DNA of 64,000 nucleotides from Paraspadella gotoi (lineage: Eukaryota > Animalia > Chaetognatha): positions 14,931,574-14,995,573 of the forward strand of contig CM119263.1 in assembly GCA_051294375.1 (NCBI GenBank), given 5' to 3'. Position numbers and translations under genes: made by a program. Under the pieces are notes generated by a model that was not told the DNA's origin, did no database searches, and worked only from the letters and a program-made list of their open reading frames with translations. Shown here in pieces: positions 27,301 through 39,300 of the stretch. Every line of letters begins with the position of its first letter. Within the stretch, counting starts at the first letter, position 1.

Positions 27301-30300
27301 ATCGCATAATTTTTCAACTTGCATAATTTTTTTAAATCTGGTTTTATAAGACATCGAGGATGGAATCGGAACCAAGAGACGGAATCGAAATCGGATCGGA
27401 TCAGCGACTCGGATGAAATCAACCAAGGACTCGATGATTGGATGAATCACCATCTGAATTTGAAGCGGCTAAGAGAGAGAGGGAGAAGGGGTAGAGCGAG
27501 TGAATAATTGATTAAGAGATAATGAGCTCCGCGCAAAACCGAGACGGTTGTATACGATTAAGAAAAGAGTAACAAAGGAGGAAAGGTATAAAAGGAAAGG
27601 GAGGAAAGGAAAAATAGAGAACTCCCTTTTCCATCCACGGAGACAAGAGCTGAGTTATGCTCTGCAAAAACTTTTATTTCTGTACTAAACTGCACTATTT
27701 ATCCTCATATAAATAAACCACAGATAACGTACTTTGCTCCACATTTATTTCTCGCTAACAAAGTTAGTAAAGCTTCCGGGCTCGTGAGTAAGGTGTTGTA
27801 GCGGTCAAGTTGCTACAAATTGACAAACGAGAAGAGGAGCTTTATGCCATCGGGAAAGAGAGCCCGTGTCGATGATTTTTGTATTGATTCTTAAATTCTC
27901 ACACCGTCTTCGCATCGTATTCACATAAGTAAAAAGATTTAAGTAAATGTAACTTATGTTGGGCATTACAGGCAACCCGGCTGTTGCGATAACCTTAACA
28001 TTTAACAAGTTTGAGCAAACAATGTCGGATCTGCCCACGATCATTATCGGTAATTAATTAATTAATAATTAAATTATTCAAGTTAATTAATTAACTAATT
28101 AGGCAATTAATTAATTAATTTGATCCCAAATGTTTGTTTTTAGGTCTTTTCGTTACTAACAACGACAAAAGCAATGACGACGATGAGAATAATGCCGATA
28201 ATGATTGACTTGATTTATTGACTGATTAATTATTTATTAGTTAATTGACTAATTGATTAATTATTTATGTAAATTACTGGCCTTGAAATATTATAGTGCT
28301 AAAAGGTTTGAATGCATGGTCTTCTAATAAAACTTTTAATTTTTTGAAGGCGAGATCCCCTTACTTTTACTAATTTATTATTACTGATAAATCAAGCCAT
28401 AAAATTAAGGCAAATTTGACTGACCCTGTAAGATAATATCGAAAAAAATAAGCTCTGTAAGAAGAGCATGGAGATTCTTCTGGCAATTCCATGAAGTTAA
28501 AGCAAGTTGGATCCCGAATAAAGTAAAAGTTGGCGTGATCCGAGTCAGAAATTGCTGTTTGTGATTGAAAGTTAACCTCGATATTTGTATGGATATAAAA
28601 TTTTTTCATCCACTGTGGATTATTACAACGAATGTAATGGTAAATATTTAAGTGGGCTCTCCATTCATGGATACCTGCATAAATTTTAATCATTAGAATA
28701 AACGGCAAAAAAATTCTGAATTGAATATCATAAAAAACCACTATTGACTAGGGCGTTTAAAAATAACAAAATATAACTAATCAAATAAGGTACCCTACTA
28801 TCTAGGAAAAAAGTATATGACATTTTTAATAAAAGATATCTACTCGAAAACTTATTTAATTTAAAAAAAATCAGAATGTTTCCGAATCTATATTGATTTT
28901 CCTTTCAGTAGCTTCCTTCTATTTTTTTGTAGGTCAAATCGTTTAGAAGTTACAGGCAAAAAAATATTGTTACTTCAAATGAAAAATGGCAAAAAAAAAA
29001 AATAATTTTTCACTATTTTTAGTTTTTAGTTCTTTGTTTTTATTTTAAATAGAGTTAGTTATTTTTTTAATATTTTTTTAATTTGGCAATGCTAAAGGCC
29101 TTGCACCTTTTTCTGGTTCAAAAAAGTATTATTATAGCTCTCAGAAAAGAGGGAAAGATGCACAACATTAATATTGGGGCTGCGTAGAATTGCGTTAAAG
29201 ATGTCGAAAAACATTTGACTGTCATACCTCAATTTGCTGTATAAGAGCATACCAGACAAAGTTAGGCAGTAGTTGATGCCAAGGAAGGGTATACCAAATA
29301 TTGAGAATATTATCATGATATTTTACCCATGTTTTATATACTTTTTATTGAATAAATAAATTATGTCACATACTTTTTTCCTAGATAGTACATAGCTATT
29401 TTAGTGTAAGCAAGTCTGTAAAATTCGATGGTGATGACCATTTTTTTGTATAATTTTATCTTTCTTGTCGAAAATTACGATTTTTAATGTATATAGACGA
29501 GAATCTTTATTTAAAAAAAATTCAACATTTTTCTAATAGAGAGTTCGTTTCAAAATCTGACTACCCCAAATTGCAAACGCGATTGCCAGAAATTTCGGGT
29601 AGAAAACAGTTGTAAAAACGCAGGATTCCGATAGCATTACATCTGAAGAGCTTGTCCTATTCGTTTTTTTCACATTTGATGAAGGATTTGATATCAGAGA
29701 ATTTTCAAACCTCATTTTTACTATAGAAATGAACGGGAAAGTTTACAAACTTAAAATTGCAAACGGGATTGCTATATGTTCCTTTACATGAGAGACTTTG
29801 AAATTCGCGATTCCAATAGCTTTGTGTCTGAAGAGCTTGTCCTATTTTTCTTTTTTTCATTTATATATGATTTTGACATAAAATGATCAGGTTTAAATGA
29901 AATAGTCCGGTTTGAATCGTGAAATTTTTATTTTAAAAAGAAATTAAAAGGAAGGTTGAGAAAAAAACTGATTTTTTCCTAATATCTTTTGAAGGAACAA
30001 AGATAAAGGGATGGCAATAGTACCAAATGAAGCCATAATCATAGGGCACATACAAGATACAATTTTAGAATTACTTATGCTGAAATCTCCTTACAGGGTG
30101 AGTGTCAAACTAAGTCAAAATTATAATGAATTTTAAAACTAATGAACACCCCATAAGAATAAGGTGAAAATTAAATTCTTTTTAATGATTCTGAAAGAAA
30201 AAAGGCTAAATTGTACTTTAGTAAAACTTTAAAGTTTTTTTGGATAAAGAAAATGTGAATTTTTTGTCACTTAAAATTTTGCTTGTCTGATTTTACAAGC

Positions 30301-33300
30301 ATGCTTAAAAATTCTACAAAATATTATTTACCCCCATCACAGCCTAAGTATTTTTCCTTCTTTTCCCACCAGCAAAAAGTTAACATTATCTTTATGAAGA
30401 GAACAGGGATGTTTACTGAAAGGAGCCGGAAGACATTCAACTTCTTTACTTTGATATTATTTTTAATAATAAAATAAGCGATTTTTTTAATTATTTAACT
30501 CTCACAGGCTTCATAAGATAATAACTTTCATAATATCCCAATGTTAATGTAATTTATTATATTTTTTACACAGAAATCATAAAATAACAGAAAGTTGTGG
30601 ATTCCCTTCGCTCGTTTAAGAAAAAAAAATTAACTAGCGGAATTATAAGTTTGTAAGAAAGTCAGAATCGGCGAAAAATCTTAAAAAGGCGAGAATGTTG
30701 AAAAAAGGGAAAGGAATTTTGGTTGTTTTTGGTCTATTTCTTCTAAATCCACAGGCCAATTTAGACGTTACTTAAGATTTATATTATTCCAGTCATTCTC
30801 TATCCAAAAATATAAAAACTATTATGAAAAAAGGTTTGGGATCGACTATAGAAATTTGGTTCTAATGTATATAAAATTGTTATAAAATAGTACAACCATT
30901 ATAAGTTATGATAAATCAAATTATTAAAATTTTATAAAATTTACACAAACTTTTGAAATATAAAAATAAAGACTTATAAAAATATTTTGGTAAGTTTATT
31001 TTTAAATTTTATGTTTGATAACAAGTTAGCTACATTTATTAATAATTATGAGTAAAAATTAAGTTAAAGTTAAAAAATAATAATTTCAAAATTTTATTAT
31101 TAAATTTGCATTCCTTGCAAAAAGTTGATATAAGAAAATAAAATTTTTATATCAAAATTATGTCATTAAGTTGGTTAAAATTCAGAAAAACTATAATTTT
31201 AGGCTAAAAATTATGTTATTTCCTTTCTTTTCGTTGTGTATATATAGTTAGAGAAAACAAAGTTTGTTTGTTTGATAACAACGATTTTTATTATTATTTT
31301 TATTAATAAAAATCGTTGTTATCAAACAAACAAACTTTGTTTTCTCTAACTAGGATAAAAATTAAAAAATTAAACTAAAATAATAGTTTTTAATATTTTT
31401 GACCTACTTAATAAAAAAAATTTAAAATGGATTATACTTTCTTAGATCAACTTTTTGTAAGGAATTCAAATCCGATTTTAAATTTTTTTTTTTATTTTTT
31501 CACTTTAGTCTATTTTTAATTATTATTTATTAATAAATATAACTAACAAACAGTTAATAAAATATAAAATTTGTATATAAACTTACCAAAATATTTATAT
31601 GGATCTTTATTTTCATATTATGTAAATTAAATATGGTGAAATAGCTTTTATAAAATTTAATAATTTAAGTTTTTTATACTTTATAATGTTTGCTCCATTT
31701 TAATAGTACTTTATATGCTGCAAAAATCGCCATTTCCGACAAAGAAGATGAGCCTATACAAAAAAATAGTTATCATCTACAAATTCTACAGACTTGATTA
31801 CACTAAAATAACTATGTACCTTATTCGATTTGTTATATTTTGTTATTTTTAAACGCCTTGAGATACTCTGACCTAATGTAAAAAAATATTTATTAAAAAC
31901 TTAGCAATCCCATGTCTAGTTTAAAAAAAAATTATAAAAACATATTACTTGCAGAACGACTCAATATTTTCTAGCCATTAAGTGATTAACATTTGACCAA
32001 TGACCACCAAACAAAAGAGAAAAAAACGAAAAAGAGCACCGAACAGCATTAAAACAAGTTTGAGCAAACAATGTCGGATCTGCCCACAATCATTATCGGT
32101 AATTAATTAATTAATTAATAATTAATTCATGTTAATTAATTATTTAATTAATTAATAATTTATTTATTCAAGGTAATTATTTAATTAATTATGCAATTAA
32201 TTAATTAATTTGATCCAAAATGTTTGTTTTGATTGATTAATTAACTGATTAAATAATTATTAATTAATTAATTTACTTATTGATTAATTAACTGATTAAT
32301 TGTTTGATTAATTAATACATCTTGCATTTACATTTAAAAGAAAAAGAAGCATAATCAATTCGTGAAACAGGTTGTCTTTCCATTTAAATTCATTTCCACT
32401 AAAACGATTCCATCAAAACTTGATTTCCAGTTTAATCACACACATTTCTACCCAAATACAAAATTTCAAGTCAATCGGCCCATCCACTCATAAGTAAGTG
32501 GTGTTCAAATAGTGAAATATATTTTTTTTTTTCCACTTAAACTCATTTCCACTCAGACGATTCCATCGAAACTTCATATCCAGCTCAATCACACACTTCC
32601 CTACCCACACACAAAATTTCATTCCAATCCATCCATCCAATCACGAGTAATTGGTGTTTTTTGCTAAGGTGGGACGGATGGACGGACGGACATCGTTTTT
32701 TTTTTGCATAATTTATCATAATTCGATGTTCTGACATGATATAAGTGAATGCCCGACAAGATTGAGGGGGCTGACCGACGGACCGACAAAGTGAATTATA
32801 GAGTCGACTTAAAATAATTATTTGTTTAATGGTTAATTTAAGTAAGTAGACAGGGATTTCCATTTAATTCCATTTGATTTCATTTGATTCCATCTTCCTA
32901 TAATAGGTTTATCAGAACTATCAATCTGTTTTTTAATTAAAAAAATTATCAATCAATCAATCATTGAATCAACTGTTTAAACACTAAAAAGTCAATCTTG
33001 CTTGTCAAACTTGTTTTCATTGATACTTGGAAGTTTGGTGCCATGAGTGGCATGAGTTCCTTCTAATGCTGACATCTTGTGTTAGTTTATTGACTTGGTC
33101 ACAACAAAATGCTATCTAATGACTAATAACAATATAATAACATACAAATAATTTGACGTTAATGTCTAATTGTCTATGAGACTTGTAAAACCGCGTGATT
33201 AATCAAATAGATGATCTTTGATCAATTATCATGTAGCCAGAAAATCTAATTGTTGCATAACTGATGTAAACGAAATGCAAACAAAGGAATATCAAGATAA

Positions 33301-36300
33301 TAAAACACAACATCTATGGTGGACTAAAATCCACCAACCGTTCATCAGCGGCCATTGGTGCCAAAGGCAAATCATTTGCCTCCCAACCCAAAGGTCCGGG
33401 GTTCTAGCCCGGTGTCCGCCTAGCAGTTAAGAAGGACGGGGCGCTTAACCCGCCTGTAACTCGGTGTTACAGCCTGATCCGAAGCTCAGGGACTGCTTAT
33501 ATTGAACGGTTCTATCACTAACACATAATAATAATTACTGTTTCTTCATTGGTGAGCCCGACTCCCGAGCACAACACCAACAACAACACTTTCAGGCAAC
33601 ATGCCTCAACATGGCAATGCACTTTTCTCCCACAACACATCAGGCGACATGCCTCAACTTGGTGACAAATTTTCCACCAACAACAACAATTCACTGAAGA
33701 GACGCAACAGACTTCTCCCTATGGGAGGGGGGGATGTATGGTGGACTAAAATCCACCAACCATTCATCAGCGGCCATTGGTGCCGAAGGCAAATCATTTG
33801 CCTCCCAACCCAAAGGTCCGGGTTTCCAGCCCGGTGTCCGCCTAGCAGTTAAGAGGGACTGGGCACTTAACCCGCCTGTAACTCGGTGTTACAGCCTGAT
33901 CCAAAGCTCAGGGACTGCTTATATTGAACGGTTCTAACACTAACACATAATAATAATTACTGTCTCTTCACATCTTTGAATTGCCATCTTTTTTTGTATA
34001 CATAGTAAATTTTTAGATAGAACATCACCTGGTTTACAGAGAACAGCTATCCAAATACATCCTAGTGCGTGTATAATAAAACAAAGGGCACAGATGATAG
34101 AAATCAAAGCAATAGTTTTTTGTCGTTTGGGAAATATTTTTTTTAAAGCAAAGACACCACGCTGGTATGATACAGCACGCAAGACACGTATGCTTCGTAC
34201 AAAAATTAGTGCTTTCCTTTCTTTAACAGAAATATTCAGTGATGTAACAAATGGCCATACCAAAATCTATATAAAATATAACAATAGCTAATCAATCATG
34301 TGATAAAATAAGTATCTCTTTAAAAATTGTTCAAATTTCTTTTATCAAGTTTTAAATCTTAGTATTTAGGATTTAAAACATCTGCTTACAGCAGATTCCA
34401 GCTCTATAATTCACTTTGTCGGTCCGTCGGTCAGAACATCGAATTGGATGGAATCATCCAAGTGCAAATGAGTTAAAATGGAAAAAAAATATCTTTCACT
34501 ATTTGATTATGCTTTTTTATTTTTATATTAAATGTAAATTCAAGCTCTAATAATTAATTATTAATAAATAAGTAATTAATTAATTATTAATTATTTGTAA
34601 TTAATTAATTAATTTTGTGATTGAGATTGTTGTTTTGTGATTGAGAGGCGAGACAAAGTGGAAAACGATTTTGACACGAATAAAAAAATTAATTTTAATT
34701 ATTTATGAAATTGGTACAACCAATATAAAAATTATCCATTCATTTAATAAATAAGCTATCTTGCCCCTGACTTTGGACAGGCTTTGGTGGTTTAAGGCCT
34801 CCATCACTCTTACAAGATAATGACATAGCAGGTCCCTGCAAGCTTTCAATCAAGACTCTCTCACAGTCTCGTTTATTCACTCCCAGAGTACCTGGCTTCC
34901 CTATCAATGAAGTGGAAAATATTTCAAAGAATGTTTCAATTGTATGAAAAGACCACTCCCTTAAGTATTAGATCGGGGAATACTTATTGTACTCCGCACT
35001 AGCATCAAAATACAAGGAGCTGAATTTTACGAAATTGGTACAACCAATATAAAAATTATCCATTCATTTAATAAATAAGCTATCTTGCCCCTGACTTTGG
35101 ACAGGCTTTGGTGGTTTAAGGCCTCCATCACTCTTACAAGATAATGACATAGCAGGTCCCTGCAAGCTTTCAATCAAGACTCTCTCACAGTCTCGTTTAT
35201 TCACTCCCAGAGTACCTGGCTTCCCTATCAATGAAGTGGAAAATATTTCAAAGAATGTTTCAATTGTATGAAAAGACCACTCCCTTAAGTATTAGATCGG
35301 GGAATACTTATTGTACTCCGCACTAGCATCAAAATACAAGGAGCTGAATTTTATGAAATTGGTACAACCAATATAAAAATTATCCATTCATTAATAAATA
35401 AGCTATCTTGCCCCTGACTTTGGACAGGCTTTGGTGGTTTAAGGCCTCCATCACTCTTACAAGATAATGACATAGCAGGTCCCTGCAAGCTTTCAATCAA
35501 GACTCTCTCACAGTCTCGTTTATTCACTCCCAGAGTACCTGGCTTCCCTATCAATGAAGTGGAAAATATTTCAAAGAATGTTTCAATTGTATGAAAAGAC
35601 CACTCCCTTAAGTATTAGATCGGGGAATACTTATTGTACTCCGCACTAGCATCAAAATACAAGGAGCTGAATTTTATGAAATTGGTACAACCAATATAAT
35701 TTATTAATAATTTATTAATTAATTATCTGATCAGCTGCTTACCGCTAATGATCGTGGGCAGATCCGGCATTGTTTGCTCAAACTTGTTCTAGAACGCCTC
35801 ATTTCATCCTCAATTTGGAATGAAATTATTATTTTTTATTAGTCGGATCTGCTTATCAGCAGATTCCGACTCTATAATCCCCCCCAAATCTTGTCGGGCA
35901 TTCACTTAAATCATGTCAGAACCTCGAATTATGATAAATTTTGCAAAAAAATGTTTGTCCGTCCGTTCGTCTGTCCCACATTAGCAAAGAACTCCAATTA
36001 CTCGTGATTGGATGGTTGGATTGGAGTGAAATTTTGTGTGTGGGTAAAAAACTGTGTGATTGAGCTAGATATAAAATTTTAATGGAATCGTCAGAGTGAA
36101 ATGTTCCGCATACAAACTTTGCATTTAGGAAAAAAACGACTCTTTCCACTATTGTTCAGTTGTTACTTACAATATTGATTAACTTTGTACCATAACACAA
36201 ATTAGGCTGAACGAAGGATTGGTTAAAAACATCTCCACCCCTTTCTAATGATAAAAGAGTACCATTTTGGAAACTTTTAGCAAAATAAATTATGTCCATT

Positions 36301-39300
36301 TTTGTCCATTTTTACTTACGACTTCTGATTTGAATGCCAAGGAAAGTTGAGAAAATTTTTTTACTTTGGAAATCCGTTCTTCCTTATCTTCTTTACCCCT
36401 GGGTAAATTCATTTGCTTAAATCATTTATAGTTTTCCTATGAATTAATTTTAAAGTTAACAAGTCAAAAAGTTGCAGTTTCAGTCTTTATCATAATTTGT
36501 TAAACAAAAATAAATAAAGACAACTTTTAATTTGTGACTTTTTGTGACTTGCATTTATTTTTGATAAAGAGAATATTTTTAACTCATGTATTAGTTTTAA
36601 AAGATGAGGTACATACTAACGTTATTAAAACAAAAAAAAACCGTAAAAATTTTCTGCAAAATTTGTCGATTTATTGAATCTGCTAGGCAACCAAAATTGA
36701 AATAAAATCCTCCATTACCGTTAATTTCTTTTCTTATAATGCATAAGAAAATATTTTTTTATTTGGCTCCATGTAAATGGAGTGAGAGGGAAGAGGAAAG
36801 GGAGAACAAGAAAAGGAGGTCGGGAGAGAATGAAAGAAGGGGGCAAATGGCAAAAAAAAGAAGGCAAATGGCAAAAAAATAGTGAGACAAATAAAAGGTA
36901 GGAAAAAAGGTTAAAATGGAAAGAAAAAGAGGGGAAAAGAAAGGAAAAGAATGAAGAAGAGAAAAAAGGTGAAGAAAGTGGAAGAGTGGCAAAAAAAGGT
37001 AGGGCCAAAAAAATGGTAATTGACGGCGTGAGAAGTAGGGGAGGAAAGAGGGAAAGAAAAATACAAATAAAGAGAAGAAAAGAGATGAAGAAAAAGAATC
37101 AGGGAAAGGGTATGGGGAAAAAAAATTGTATGAGATAATGTGGCGTCCTGCCTAAATAGTTTTGTGTAAGCAAGTATGACGCGGCTCATAAACGCTCAGT
37201 TCGAACTGGCAATAAGGGGACACTTCGAACTGCACTCTGCCACTGTTCCCTACAACAGTTCATTTTTTAACCATTACAGGGAATCCCTGCCACGATTTTT
37301 GAAGGGGATCGCAGATTGAAGCCCGATCCCGCCGCGAATCCCGAGCATAATTCACTCACTCTTTTTCCTCTTTCTCTCTCTCTCTATGGCTTGCGTAATA
37401 TCTCCAAGTATGACGCGGCTCATAAACGCTCAGTTCGAACTGGCAATAAGGGGACAAGGATATGGCCTGCGTAATATCTCTGTGTAAGTAAAAGACGATT
37501 CTTATGAGGAATTCAATCTTTAAAAGTTATCTTTACCATAAAAATTCAATCATATTTAATTCTAAAATTAAGATTTGATTGACAATCATTGAAGAAATCA
37601 TGTCTTACCGTATTTTAAACTCATAGAAATTTACCTGGAAAGTACTATGTCATAAGAGGAAGATAACTATAGCCTACCGTTTTTTTAAATAAAGAAAGCT
37701 TCATACTAACCAATGATATCAAGAAAGATGGTAATTATTGAAGTTCAGATTTCGTTGTCTAAAAGACCGAAAATGAGTTTAAATGGAAAAATCATAAGTC
37801 ACGTTTACTTGACTCTTTTTGCTTATAATTAATCTAATTAATCCTAATTAGATAAATGGATTGAGATGAAATTTTGTGTGAATAAAGGAAAGTGAGTGCT
37901 TGAACTGAATATAAAGTTTTGATGGAATCGTGGGAGTGGAAATGAGTTTAAATGGAAAAAAACAAACGTCACTTTTACTTGAATTTTTTTTATATTTTAA
38001 AGTTTCTCTCTATCTCACTGAAATAAAATGATGTATTGGCTGATTAATCAGTTGTTTGAATGATTGATTGATAGATGATAGATTTTCATTAATTAATTAA
38101 TGAAAGTAAAAAAATTATGCAACTTTACAAAATTAAGCCAGTTGACCAAATTATTCCAGTTGTCCAAATAATTCAAGTTGACCAAATTAATTGGAATTAG
38201 GGTTAAGAATTAGTCTAAGAACATATTTAGGTTAAATATTAAAGTTAGAATTAGTGTTCCGATAACCGTTAACTGTTATTAACGGTTAAAAATCATTTTA
38301 ACTTAACCGTTGATATATTTACTTTAACGGTTAAATTCGGTTAACTTTCAAATGTGATTTTTTTCATTTTTTGGTATGAAATCTTTAAATTGAAAAAAAA
38401 ACTATTTTTTTTCTTATCTTCTCTTATTCTCCTCTCCCCTTCTCATCATATTTTTACCCCTCTCTCTCTTCTCCACTTTTTCCTTGCTTTTTTCCTTTGT
38501 TATTTTCTTTTTTTTTCTATCCTAATCTCTTTCTTATTTTTTCTTCCCCTTTATTTATCTCCTCCGGTTCCTTTCTTTTTCTTTCTCACTTTCCCCTTTT
38601 TCTTTCCTCCTTTTTTCTCCCTTTTCTTTTACCTTTTCCTTTTTTTTCGCACTTCCATGCAATAATATATTTGCAATTTAGCTAAAAATAAATAATCCCT
38701 CTTATTTTACTTTTTCTCTCTTTTTCTTTCCCTCTTTAAAATGAACAAAGAAGCAAATGAAATAAAACCGAATGAATGAAAAAAATTAATAAAAAACCAA
38801 ATAAAAAAACTATTATAAAAAATTTGAAAATTGATAATAGAAGGAACGAATCTTAAAAAGACATTAAGGCTAACTAAAACTCTCCTTCAATAATGATGAT
38901 ATATTTTTAAATTAACTTCATACAATTGAAACATTCTTTAAAACATTATACCACATCATTGATAGGGAAGCCAGGTACTCTGTGAGTGAGAGAATCTTGA
39001 TTGAAAGCTGGACCTGCTGTGTTATTATCTTGTAAGAGTGATGGAGGCCTTAAACCACCAAAACCTGTCCAAAGTTGGGGGCAAGATAGCTTATTTATGG
39101 ATGAATGGATAATTTTTATATTGGTTGTACCAATTTCATATATTTATTAATCAATAAATCCTTCGATCAATCGATAAATCAACCAGTCTATCAATAAATT
39201 AAAATTCATCTTTATATTTATGGTCAATGACCATTTGTCATGGACTCATGGTTTATGAAAGACTAACAACAGAAAACAATCATTCAAGAAACTAACAACT

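Larger units (their letters stand above)
28752..31858. mobile_element. Non-autonomous DNA element with TIRs of about 80 bp; the left TIR is split by the Tc1 MITE
   Basis: 28752-28792 plus 29389-29427 is the reverse complement of about 31780-31858. Confidence 0.75.

Noticed and set aside
33940-34028. ORF extension suggesting the TRIM disrupts the channel exon
   Set aside because: A phase-compatible donor at 34029 ends the exon before the element, and the reconstructed empty site soon hits a stop.
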